Source: Alphaproteobacteria bacterium (GTDB taxonomy: Bacteria > Pseudomonadota > Alphaproteobacteria > DSM-16000 > Inquilinaceae). From it: DNA of 64,000 bases. The notes below the pieces were generated by a model. It was not told the DNA's origin. It searched no databases and was given only the letters and a program-made list of their open reading frames with translations. Made by a program: the position numbers and the translations under genes. Positions 9,209 through 21,053 of the stretch are shown piece by piece. Position 1 is the stretch's first letter, and every line of letters begins with the position of its first letter. The DNA lies in contig JANQGH010000078.1 of the NCBI GenBank assembly GCA_028277405.1, forward strand, positions 31,557 through 95,556, read 5' to 3'.

Positions 9209-10096
9209 ATGGCAACGCTAAAGGCACGTGAGGCCCGGGCCGGCTTTCTGTTCGTGGCCCCGGCCTATGTCCTGTACCTGATCTTTCTGGCGATACCGCT
9301 CGTGGCCTCGTTCGGCCTGTCGGTGTTTGAAGTCGATCGGATCAGGATGGACTTCGAGTATGTCGGCCTTGAAAACTTCGACTGGATCTTTACCGACCCG
9401 CGGTTCTGGACGACGTTCCGCAACACCTTCTATTTCATTTCCATGTCGGTCATCGGCAATGTCGGCCTCGGGCTCGTCCTGGCGTTCGCGTTGAACCGGG
9501 TGCTTCCGACGCCGATCCTTTATGTGCTGCGCCTGTCCTACTTTTTGCCCGTGCTCGTCTCTCTGGCGTTTGTCTCGTTCATCTGGAAGTTTCTGTTTTC
9601 GACCGACCTTGGCGCGATCAACTACTATCTGCGACAGGTCGGCATCGGCAATGTCGGATGGCTGACGGACAGCAGCGTTGCCATGTTCTCCGTCATCATC
9701 ATCGACGTTTGGAAGAATGTCGGGTTCTTCATCATCATCTTCCTTGCCGCCCTGCAGGGGATTCCGCGGTCGCTGATGGAGGCGGCCAGTATCGACGGCG
9801 CGAGTTCCTGGGTGGTGGCGACGCGGATAAAGATCCCCTACATCGCGCCGGTCATTCTGTTTTGCGCCACCTATGCCACCATCGGCGGCCTGCAGGTTTT
9901 CGACAGCATACGGATCCTGACCAATGGCGGTCCCGGCGACGCGACGCGGTCGGTGGTCATGTATATGGTCTCCGAGGCCTTCAGCGCCGGGCAGTTGGGC
10001 ACCGCGTCCGCCGCCGCGCTGACCCTGCTGGTCGTCATCTCCATTGTCGTCGCAATTCAGATGATCATCGCCCGCTGGTTTCTGGGCGAACGGTGA
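9209..10096 (+). CDS. ABC sugar transporter permease (MalF/UgpA-like)
   Basis: 295-aa polytopic ORF with an EAA-loop-like ...LMEAASIDGASSWVVATRIKIP... motif. Confidence 0.9.
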   Translation: MATLKAREARAGFLFVAPAYVLYLIFLAIPLVASFGLSVFEVDRIRMDFEYVGLENFDWIFTDPRFWTTFRNTFYFISMSVIGNVGLGLVLAFALNRVLPTPILYVLRLSYFLPVLVSLAFVSFIWKFLFSTDLGAINYYLRQVGIGNVGWLTDSSVAMFSVIIIDVWKNVGFFIIIFLAALQGIPRSLMEAASIDGASSWVVATRIKIPYIAPVILFCATYATIGGLQVFDSIRILTNGGPGDATRSVVMYMVSEAFSAGQLGTASAAALTLLVVISIVVAIQMIIARWFLGER

Positions 10097-10101
10097 CGGC
10101 G

Positions 10102-10989
10102 ATGCGCAGCGTAACGCTTCCACCCGACACCCCGGTTGCCCGGCGCCTTCTTTCCGCGATGCAGGTTGTGCACTGGCGCAATACGGCGGTCCTGATCGTC
10201 CTTCTTGTCGGCGCGGTGCTAATGCTGCTGCCGTTTTTCTGGATGTTCGCCACCAGCATGCGCCCGGCCGGCGAGGCCTATCAATTGCCGCCGTCCTTCT
10301 TGCCGGACGACATCAGGCTCGACAGCTATCATGAACTGTTCGCCAGCCCCGTGCCTTTCCTGCGCATGTACTGGAACAGCTTTGTGGTTGCCGCCGTGAC
10401 GACGATCGGCGTCATCATCACCAGCGCCATGGCGGCCTTTGCCTTTTCGCGGACCCGGTTTCCCGGCAAGAACCTGCTGTTTGCGTCGATGCTGCTGGGG
10501 TTGATGGTGCCGCCGGCCCTGCTGCTGATCCCCCTCTTCTTCGGCATGGCCTCGGTCGGGATCGTCGACAGCATCTGGGCCTTGATCCTGCCGGCGATGA
10601 CCAACCCGCTGGCGGTCTTCATGATGCGCCAGTTCATGCGCAGCCAACCGCGCGAATATGAGGAAAGCGCCTTTGTCGACGGCGCCAGCTACTGGACGAT
10701 CTTCTGGCGCATCTCGCTGCCCCAGATGGGACCGCCGATCGCGGCACTCTCGATCATCGTGTTCACCTCAAGCTGGAACAATTTCCTGTTGCCGCTGGTC
10801 TTCGTGCGGTCCTTCGAAGCGATGACGCTGCCGGTCGGCATCCTGTCGCTGGAGTCGAGTTTCGGCGGCGCCGCCCTGTCGATCATAATGGCGGCGGTGA
10901 CCGTCGCCGTGCTGCCGCTCTTCGTGGTTTTCCTGATCGCTCAACGGTTCATCATCGAGAGCATCGCAAGCACCGGCGTCAAGAAGTAG
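10102..10989 (+). CDS. ABC sugar transporter permease (MalG/UgpE-like)
   Basis: The in-frame ATG at 10102 gives MRSVTLPP...; a GTG at 10093 overlapping the previous stop as GTGA is an alternative start. An EAA-loop-like ...EESAFVDGASYWTIFWRISLP... motif is present. The tracked ORF start at 9658 is an out-of-gene extension. Confidence 0.85.
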   Translation: MRSVTLPPDTPVARRLLSAMQVVHWRNTAVLIVLLVGAVLMLLPFFWMFATSMRPAGEAYQLPPSFLPDDIRLDSYHELFASPVPFLRMYWNSFVVAAVTTIGVIITSAMAAFAFSRTRFPGKNLLFASMLLGLMVPPALLLIPLFFGMASVGIVDSIWALILPAMTNPLAVFMMRQFMRSQPREYEESAFVDGASYWTIFWRISLPQMGPPIAALSIIVFTSSWNNFLLPLVFVRSFEAMTLPVGILSLESSFGGAALSIIMAAVTVAVLPLFVVFLIAQRFIIESIASTGVKK

Positions 10990-10999
10990 GGGTATCTGC

Positions 11000-11894
11000 A
11001 TGCTGGGTTCACAAGCCATTGATTTCACCGGATCGGTTGCCGGGCTGGACATCGGCGTGCCCGAGATATTCCGCTTCGGTTTCGCGCATTTTCCGACCGC
11101 CGTGGCCACCTTCGACAACTGGGCCAACCATGACGGTCCGGAGATCGTGTTCATGGTCAGCGGGGAAGCGTGCTGGGAGTTGGACGATGGGCTGATGGTG
11201 CCGCTTTATGGCGGCCAAAGCGCTCTTTTTGCCGCCAATCTGCGCCACCGCATCACCAACGGCATCTACCCGCCCTGCAGCGCGTTCTGGATCATTCTAA
11301 GTGGCCCCGTCCGGGCCGCGACTCCCGGGCTTCTGAGCGAGGAAAGCGTTAAGGAGTTCCAGTCCGACCTGGGCAGGCGGGGGCTGACGCGAACGATCCG
11401 GGAACGATGCCTGGAGAGCATTTCCGAAATCACCCGCATGATGAAGGACAAGCGGCTCTATTCCGGCCATGAGTTGCTGATCGCCGAAATGCGCGCGCAT
11501 CTGCACCTGGTCTTGATAGAGACCTGGAAGGCGCATCGCTATCACCAGAAGTCGAAGGCCGACAGCGCGTTCGTCGATCGCATCCTGAAGCACATGCACG
11601 ATGCCGACGGGGACACGGCGTCCATCGGCAAGCTGGCAAGGGACTTGGGATGCAGCCGCGGGCATCTTCACAACGTGTTCCGAAGCGCCGTCGGCATGCC
11701 GCCCAGCGATTATGCGCGTCGGCTGCGGATCAAGGAGGCGTGCAGGCATTTGTCCGCGGATTCGGCCTCGATCACCGCGATCGCGTTTGAAAACGGCTTC
11801 AGCAGTTCGCAGCATTTCAGCCGGGTCTTCAAACGATATCTCGGCCTGACGCCGTCCAGTTACCGAAGCCAGATCGCAAAGTTTGGAGCGTTTC

Positions 11895-11923
<29 letters not shown>
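11000..11923 (+). CDS. AraC-family transcriptional regulator (cupin-like N-domain plus HTH_AraC)
   Basis: 307 aa. The C-terminus ...ITAIAFENGFSSSQHFSRVFKRYLGLTPSSYR... is the AraC signature. The gene sits between the permease and ATPase genes of the same operon. Confidence 0.85.
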
Positions 11924-13007
<1,084 letters not shown>

Positions 13008-13164
13008 GCAAACCAATCTGGCCCACCTTATGCCAAGGATCGATGTTGCGCCCGATGGCCATGAAGCGGCTGGCCAAGAAGCTCCGTCAATGGCATATCT
13101 GTGAGTGATATCTGATCTCTCTCAGCGATACTCCGTTGGTTCCATGACCGGGGCCGGGAGACCG

Positions 13165-15011
<1,847 letters not shown>

Positions 15012-15015
<4 letters not shown>

Positions 15016-16136
15016 AGGGGGCGATGTAGATCAAGCTCGAGGCCGATGCCCGGTCGATCGTCCAGATGCAGGTGCCCGTCGGTCATCTCGACAGCGCCGT
15101 CAAGATGCTCGTCGCGGATGGTGTTGGGGTTGACGTCGACCTCCAGCAAGCCGCAGCCGCCAACCGCAGCAAGCAGGTGCGCCGATGCCAAAAGTCCGAC
15201 CGCACCGCCCAGGAAGTGCGGGCAATAGACGACGCCCCGGCTGGAAGCGTGCCGTGCCATGGCAAGACAGCCCGACACGCCGCCCCACTTGGCCACATCC
15301 GGTTGCAAGAAGCCGAGACAAGCGCCGTCAACGGCCGCTTCGAACTCGGACGGATGATTCAGATTCTCTCCGGCTGCCAGGGCGGTCGGCATGGCGTCTG
15401 CCAGCACTTGCCATTCCTCCAGCGGCCGGTCGGCACGCAGCGGTTCCTCCAGCCAGGCAAGATCATACTCAACGAGAGACGGCGCGATTGTCAGCGCCTG
15501 GTCGATTTTCCACCCCTGATTGGCGTCCGCCATCAGGCGATGATGCGGTTCAAGGACGGCGGATGCGCGGGCCAGCGTGCGCATATCGACATCGTTTCCG
15601 AAGCCGACCTTCACCTTGAAGGCCGTATGCTGCTGCTTCATGGCCCGCTCGATCGTCGTATCGGGTGCCTCGGGCCCGATGCCGCTGGCGTAGCAGGCGA
15701 TCTGGGGGCGTGCCTGGCCGTTCAGAAAGCGGAACAGCGGAAGCCCCGCGCGGCGGGCGGCCAGATCGTGGCAGGCGGCATCCAATCCCGCGCAGATCTG
15801 CCTCAGCGGCCCCCACTCGCCGGATTGGATCGCCAGCACGTGAAGCCGGTCCATCAGCGTTCGATAAACCGATGCGGGCGCGATCGCGCCGAGGCCGATG
15901 AGCATCGGGCCGACCACGGTCTCGATGAGGTTTTTGCGATGCTCGGCGCCGACCGTCGGAAAGTTGCACCAGACCTCCCCCCAACCGATGGCGCCATCGC
16001 GGTCTTCGACGCGCACATACAGCATGGGACGATCCGTCATCGTTCCGAACGATGTACGCACCGGCACGTCGATGGGCACCCGAAACAGATGCGCGTCGAC
16101 GCGGCGAATTCCGGGCAATGGAACCTCAGAGGACAC
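15012..16136 (-). CDS. Enolase-superfamily enzyme, mandelate racemase subgroup (probable acid-sugar dehydratase)
   Basis: 374 aa with a KxK motif (FKVKVG). Metal ligands are in ADANQGW, LEEP and AAGEN. The Asp/His dyad context is LQPDVAKWGG and CPHFLGG. Confidence 0.85.
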
Positions 16137-16147
16137 GTTTTACCATT

Positions 16148-16181
16148 GTATCATTCAATGAGAACGGATATCATTTGATCA
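16148..16181. promoter_or_regulatory. Two TATCATT-containing boxes in the divergent enolase/IclR promoter region (candidate IclR operator)
   Basis: GTATCATTCAATGA (16148-16161) and GATATCATTTGATCA (16167-16181) form an AT-rich island in GC-rich DNA. The same half-site recurs at 17555-17590. Confidence 0.5.
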
Positions 16182-16218
16182 CATTCGTCAGGCGCGCGCA
16201 AGCAACTCGAAGGTAGCT

Positions 16219-17061
16219 ATGTCAACGACCGATGCTGTCGCAGAAGCCGAGCGGAACGCACATTCGAGCGACGACAAGCGCCATCATCTCGGCGTCGTCG
16301 ATCGCGCCATGCACATTCTGCGCTGCCTGTCCGATCATCCCGATGGCTTGACGCTTACCGAGTTGAGCGGTGTCACGATGCTGCACAAGGCGACGGTCGG
16401 CCGTTTTCTGAGAACGCTGGAGAAAGGCGGTTTCGCATCGGTCGGCCAGAGCAAAAGATGGACCGTTGGGCCGGTGCTTGTGGACATTGCCATGCGCGCG
16501 CAACGCCGGCTTGATGCGCGCGACGTGGCGCGGCCGATCATGGAAGAGCTTTGCCGGGCGACCAACGAGACCGTGCAGATGGCTGTCCTGGCCGATGACG
16601 GCATTGCCTATGTCGACAAGGTCGAGCCACCCGAGCAGCCGCTTCGGATCAATACGCAGATCGGCTCGCGGCGGCCTGTCCATTGCACGGGTCTTGGCAA
16701 GGTGCTGGCCGCCTTCCACCCGGAGCCGGCGGAAATAGAGCGCATCCTGAAATCCGCCGGCATGCCGCGCGTGACGCCGCAAACCATCACGTCCTGGTCC
16801 GCCTTTCAGGAGGAGTTGGCGCGCATCCGGCACCGCGGATACGCCATTGACGACCGGGAATACAATGAACTGGTCACATGTGCCGCCGCACCGATCCGCG
16901 ACTCGTCGGGCCGCGTGATCGCGGGCCTCAGCCTTTCTCTCATTGGCGTCGCGGCCGACAGCACGCGCTTTGGCGAGCTGGCGCAAGCCTTGGAAAAGGC
17001 CGCCGACAAGATTTCCAACGGCATGGGGTGGAGCGGGGTCGAAGATGACGACGCAGGCTAA
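16219..17061 (+). CDS. IclR-family transcriptional regulator
   Basis: 280 aa. The N-terminal wHTH (...VDRAMHILRCLSDHPDGLTLTELSGVTMLHKATVGRFLRTLEKGGF...) is followed by an IclR effector domain (...GLGKVLAA..., ...GYAIDDREYNELVTCAAAPIRD...). Confidence 0.9.
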   Translation: MSTTDAVAEAERNAHSSDDKRHHLGVVDRAMHILRCLSDHPDGLTLTELSGVTMLHKATVGRFLRTLEKGGFASVGQSKRWTVGPVLVDIAMRAQRRLDARDVARPIMEELCRATNETVQMAVLADDGIAYVDKVEPPEQPLRINTQIGSRRPVHCTGLGKVLAAFHPEPAEIERILKSAGMPRVTPQTITSWSAFQEELARIRHRGYAIDDREYNELVTCAAAPIRDSSGRVIAGLSLSLIGVAADSTRFGELAQALEKAADKISNGMGWSGVEDDDAG

Positions 17062-17584
17062 GGCAACACTCGACCGTACTGAGGAAAACCTGTCACGTCT
17101 CGGCCTGGTACTGCCCGATCCACCGCCGCTGGCCGGGCTGTACGAGCATGCGGTCCACAGCGCCGGCCAGCTGTATCTGTCGGGAAAGGGGCCGCGCCAA
17201 ACCGATGGAACCCGTCCGGCGGGAAAGGTCGGCTTGGATTTTACCGTGGCCGAAGCCCGTGAACACGCGGCTGTGACGGGCTTGAACCTGATTGCCGTCG
17301 TCAAGCAGGAGCTGGGGTCGCTCGATCGGGTCGCGAGAATCGTCAAGGTTCTGGGGCTGGTCAACGCGACGCCGGGTTTCGCCCATCATGCAGACGTGAT
17401 CGATGGGTGCTCGCGGCTTCTGATCGACGTGTTCGGCGACCGCGGCCGCCATGCCCGTTCGGCCGTTGGCGTCTCCAGCCTGCCGGGAAACATGACCGTG
17501 GAGATCGAGATGATCGTCGAACTGTCTCTGGATGGTCAGATCGAACAGCAGCAAGTATCATTAAATGATACTTTATATTGTTAG
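17045..17584 (+). CDS. RidA/YjgF/UK114-family protein (enamine/imine deaminase-like)
   Basis: The ATG at 17045 overlaps the iclR 3' end. RidA-like motifs ...GQLYLSGKGP... and ...ARSAVGVSSLPGNMTVEIEMIVEL are present. About 20 extra C-terminal residues read into the AT-rich operator region. Confidence 0.8.
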   Translation: MTTQAKATLDRTEENLSRLGLVLPDPPPLAGLYEHAVHSAGQLYLSGKGPRQTDGTRPAGKVGLDFTVAEAREHAAVTGLNLIAVVKQELGSLDRVARIVKVLGLVNATPGFAHHADVIDGCSRLLIDVFGDRGRHARSAVGVSSLPGNMTVEIEMIVELSLDGQIEQQQVSLNDTLYC

Positions 17585-17590
17585 ATGATA
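17555..17590. promoter_or_regulatory. Perfect palindrome GTATCATT-A-AATGATAC plus a fourth TATCAT half-site (candidate IclR operator)
   Basis: The 17-bp perfect palindrome lies at 17555-17571. GATGATA at 17584-17590 is TATCATC on the other strand. The site is 60-100 bp upstream of the aldolase/SDR/ABC operon start. Confidence 0.55.
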
Positions 17591-17622
17591 TTATTGTTGC
17601 GGCCACCGTGATCCCTTGTTAG

Positions 17623-17643
17623 CCTCCCTGGCGTGAGGGGAGG
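17623..17643 (+). promoter_or_regulatory. Hairpin pairing CCTCCC with the GGGAGG Shine-Dalgarno sequence of the aldolase gene
   Basis: CCTCCC (17623-17628) and GGGAGG (17638-17643) are separated by a 9-nt loop. The 3' arm is the only SD-like element, 9 nt before the TTG start at 17653. Confidence 0.35.
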
Positions 17644-17652
17644 GTCCGTATC

Positions 17653-18492
17653 TTGACAGTCGAAGCGTTGGGCACTGCTGATCGGGTGGGTAACCCTTTT
17701 CGCCGGGCCGTGGGGCTTGGCCGCCCGCTTGTCGGCATCTGGTCCATGCTCAACTCCAGCCATGCCATCGAGGGGCTGGCCTATTCAGGGTTCGACTGGA
17801 TCTTGATCGATGGTGAGCACGCGCCGCTGACCCTGGCCGACGCCATGTCCCATCTGCGCACGCTGGAAGACAAGGCGATTGCGCCGATCGTGCGTCTGCC
17901 GTGGAACGATTCCGTCCTGATGAAGCAGTATCTGGACGCCGGCGCGCGCACCGTGATGCTGCCGATGATCCAGGACAAGGAGGAAGCCGCGCAGGCAGTG
18001 GCCGCCATGCGCTACCCGCCGCGCGGCCATCGCGGCGTGGCGTTGATGCAGCGCGCCAGCCGCTACGGCCGGATCAAGGACTATCTGCAGCACGCCGATG
18101 GCGATCTTTTTCTGATCGTGCAGATCGAGACTGGCCGGGCACTACGGAACATCCAGGAAATCGCCGCGGTCGATGGCGTGGACGCCCTGTTTTTTGGCCC
18201 GGCCGATCTTGCGGCGAGCATGGGCCATATCGGGCAGCCGGATCATCCGGAGGTCATGACGGCCATCGCCGAAGGGCATGAGACGACGCGCCGTGCCGGC
18301 AAGGTTGCCGGCGTTCTGGCGCCGAACGCGGAGGTTGCCGAACGGCACTTGCAGGCCGGCTTCGGCTTTGTCTCGGTCACCAGCGATTGCGCCTTGTTGT
18401 TCAACGGTGCCGATGCGACCGCACAGCGTTTCAAGGCGCTCGCGGCCCAGAACACGGCGGCATCGCCGGAAGGGCATCGCCACCATGGCTGA
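17653..18492 (+). CDS. HpcH/HpaI-family 2-keto-3-deoxy-acid aldolase (second paralogue in the window)
   Basis: 279 aa with a TTG start. The motifs ...NPFRRAVGLGRPLVGIWSMLNSSHAIEGLAYSGFDWILIDGEHAP... and ...FFGPADLAASMG... match the family. Confidence 0.85.
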   Translation: MTVEALGTADRVGNPFRRAVGLGRPLVGIWSMLNSSHAIEGLAYSGFDWILIDGEHAPLTLADAMSHLRTLEDKAIAPIVRLPWNDSVLMKQYLDAGARTVMLPMIQDKEEAAQAVAAMRYPPRGHRGVALMQRASRYGRIKDYLQHADGDLFLIVQIETGRALRNIQEIAAVDGVDALFFGPADLAASMGHIGQPDHPEVMTAIAEGHETTRRAGKVAGVLAPNAEVAERHLQAGFGFVSVTSDCALLFNGADATAQRFKALAAQNTAASPEGHRHHG

Positions 18493-19450
18493 GCGTGTTC
18501 TGGTCATCGGTGCCAGCGGCTTCATCGGACGCGCGGTATCGACGGCGTTGCGCAGGCAAGGCATGGAGATCATCGGCTTTGACGTCGCCACGCATCTGCA
18601 GGCCCGGACGGCGGACGGCGACCATATTGATGGTTCGGTCACGGACCGGGCGGCCCTGTCGAACGCGGTGCGACGCCTCAAGCCCGACACCGTCATCTCG
18701 CTCGCCGCGTTCAGCCGGCCCTCGATCGGCCTGGCGATCTCAGCCGACGTAGATCACGACGCGGCCTTCGCGGTCAATGTCGGTGGCCTGCGCAATGTCA
18801 TCGAGGTGGCTGTCGCGCATGGCGTGCGGCGGGTCATCTGGTCGAGTTCAACGGTCGTTCTGGGTGCCGCCGCGCCGGATCGCACCGCCGCCTTGGACGA
18901 GACGGCACCAACCGCGCCGGTCAACGTCTACGGGCTGACAAAGGTGCTTGCCGAGCAGATGTCGAGCTATGCCCACCGCGTAATGGCGCTCGATATCGCC
19001 GCTGTGCGCCCGACCCTGGTGATGGGTCCGGATCATCCCTATTCCGGCATTCTCGACCCGCTGAAACGCCTGTTCAGTCATCCCGTCGCATCCGGCCGGG
19101 TCGATCTGAGCTGGGGCGCGCACCGGTTCGATATCGTCCATGTCGACGATGTTGCGCATGCGATTTTGGCCCTGTGCCAACGGCCCGGACGCCTGTCGCA
19201 GATCTATCATGTCAATGGCGGCCCAACGACCGCCAGCGAGATCGTCGACACGGTCAAGGCGCTGCGTCCGGGCCTTGAGGCGCGACTGTCCGAAAGCGCG
19301 CCGGACACCGTGTATCCGCTGGTCTCAGCGGGCCGAATTGCTGCCGAAACCGGGTTCGTTCCACGCTTTACCCCCCAGGACGTGATTGCCGATTGCGTCG
19401 GACGGCCCACCGCACGTCACGATTACAGCAAGGGAGGTATCAATGCTTGA
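18485..19450 (+). CDS. NAD(P)-dependent epimerase/dehydratase-family (extended SDR) oxidoreductase
   Basis: The ATG at 18485 overlaps the aldolase stop (ATGGCTGA). The Rossmann motif VLVIGASGFIGRAV and the catalytic YxxxK context (...YGLTKVLAE...) are present. The tracked start at 18278 is an extension. Confidence 0.85.
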   Translation: MAERVLVIGASGFIGRAVSTALRRQGMEIIGFDVATHLQARTADGDHIDGSVTDRAALSNAVRRLKPDTVISLAAFSRPSIGLAISADVDHDAAFAVNVGGLRNVIEVAVAHGVRRVIWSSSTVVLGAAAPDRTAALDETAPTAPVNVYGLTKVLAEQMSSYAHRVMALDIAAVRPTLVMGPDHPYSGILDPLKRLFSHPVASGRVDLSWGAHRFDIVHVDDVAHAILALCQRPGRLSQIYHVNGGPTTASEIVDTVKALRPGLEARLSESAPDTVYPLVSAGRIAAETGFVPRFTPQDVIADCVGRPTARHDYSKGGINA

Positions 19451-21044
19451 ATTCCGCAGAAGAACATTGCTCCAGAGCGCGGCTGTTGCGCCGCTCGCCG
19501 GGCTGTTGGGGTCGTCGCTGTTTCCGCAGCGTGCCATGGCCGACGACAGCGTGCTCTATGGCGAGCTGGATCCGCAGGCGCAGCGCGGCGGCAGCCTCAC
19601 GGTCGGGTCGTTGATCGAACCGCCCTCCATGGACATCTACCACCAGGCCGGTGAGGCGGTGAATTTCATTGCCGTCCTGATGTACCAGACGCTGGTCTAT
19701 GCCGATCCGTCGGGCACCGCGCATCCTCTGCTTGCCGAAAGCTGGGAAATCTCACCGGACGCCACCACCTACACCTTCAATCTGCGACAGGGCGTCACCT
19801 TCCATACCGGCGAGCCGTTCGAGGCCGAAGACGTCAAATACAGTCTCGACTATCAGCGCAATCCGGAAAACGGCACGATCGGCGCGCGTGATTTCGCCGA
19901 CATCGCCCAGGTCGATGTGCTCGACACCCATGTGGTTCGGGTCACGCTGCAAGGCCCCAATTCGGCGTTCCTGATCACGCTTGCCCACCGCAACGCATCA
20001 CCCATTCCGCGCGGCTGGTACGATCGGCCGAATGCCCGTGCCCTGTTGAACAGCACCAGCGTCGGCACCGGACCGTTCCGTTTGGCCGAATTCCAGCCAA
20101 ACAGCTACATCCGGATGGAGCGGAACCCGGACTATTGGCAGCCGGGCCTGCCTCATCTCGACGAGATCATCGTCAACTTCATTCCTAACAGCGCCGGCAT
20201 GCTGGTCGCGGTCAGGAATGGGCGCGTCGACATGGCGGTTCTGGTCAGGCCGCAGGATGCGCTGCAATTGGAGGGCGAAGAAGGCCTGACGGTTCAGCGC
20301 TCGATCTCGCTGAACCAGAAGTCTCTCGATCTGGACTGCACTTACGGTCCGCTGACCGACGAGCGCGTGCGCCAGGCCATCGCGCTGCTGATTGATCGCG
20401 ACGCGGTGATGCAGGCCGGCATTGCCGGGTACGGCCAGGTCCTGGGCACCATGGTCCCCGGCATGCAGGATCGCTGGGGCGTGCCCCTTGATCAGTTGCC
20501 CAATCAGACGGTCGATGTCGATCTGGCACGGACGCTTCTGACCGAGGCCGGCCATGCCGACGGTTTCGACATCGACCTGACGACCATCATCGGCTACGAA
20601 TGGATGGAACCTGCCGCATTGGCACTGGTTGAGCAGTTGGCCGCCGGAGGCATCCGCGCCAATATCAACCGCGTCGACCTCGGCACCTGGCTGAGCAATT
20701 TCCGATCGCGCCAGATGGGCTTCACGCTCAACGACTGGGGCACGCCGCCGGACCCCAATATTCTTTTCTATCGCCATTTCCACAAACAGCCCGAGGGTGC
20801 CGACTTCCGCAATTGGAACGACGACATCGCCAGCGATCTTCTCGATCGCGGCCGCGCGGCGCTGACGTTTGAGGAACGCAGGGCACTCTACGATGCGTTC
20901 CAGCTGCGTCTCGCCGAAAGCGTACCCACCGTCATGATGTTCGGGGCCGACCACCTGATCGTGGTTTCCAACAGGGTCAAGAACCATCGCATGCACCCGA
21001 TCGGATGGCATTTCGGGCTGGTCAAGACCTGGCTGGAGGCCTGA
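19443..21044 (+). CDS. ABC substrate-binding protein, family 5 (peptide/nickel/opine type)
   Basis: The ATG at 19443 gives a Tat-like signal MLEFRRRTLLQSAAVAPLAGLL.... The length of about 533 aa and motifs such as ...LAESWEISPDATTYTFNLRQGVTFH... are typical of family 5. Confidence 0.9.
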   Translation: MLEFRRRTLLQSAAVAPLAGLLGSSLFPQRAMADDSVLYGELDPQAQRGGSLTVGSLIEPPSMDIYHQAGEAVNFIAVLMYQTLVYADPSGTAHPLLAESWEISPDATTYTFNLRQGVTFHTGEPFEAEDVKYSLDYQRNPENGTIGARDFADIAQVDVLDTHVVRVTLQGPNSAFLITLAHRNASPIPRGWYDRPNARALLNSTSVGTGPFRLAEFQPNSYIRMERNPDYWQPGLPHLDEIIVNFIPNSAGMLVAVRNGRVDMAVLVRPQDALQLEGEEGLTVQRSISLNQKSLDLDCTYGPLTDERVRQAIALLIDRDAVMQAGIAGYGQVLGTMVPGMQDRWGVPLDQLPNQTVDVDLARTLLTEAGHADGFDIDLTTIIGYEWMEPAALALVEQLAAGGIRANINRVDLGTWLSNFRSRQMGFTLNDWGTPPDPNILFYRHFHKQPEGADFRNWNDDIASDLLDRGRAALTFEERRALYDAFQLRLAESVPTVMMFGADHLIVVSNRVKNHRMHPIGWHFGLVKTWLEA

Positions 21045-21053
21045 CCGAACGAT

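Noticed and set aside
13008-13164. Small ORF MKRLAKKLRQWHICE and weak inverted repeats between the two ATPase genes, considered as a possible IS or integrase remnant
   Set aside because: It is too short and has no recognisable motif. The inverted repeats are imperfect, so there is no basis for a call.
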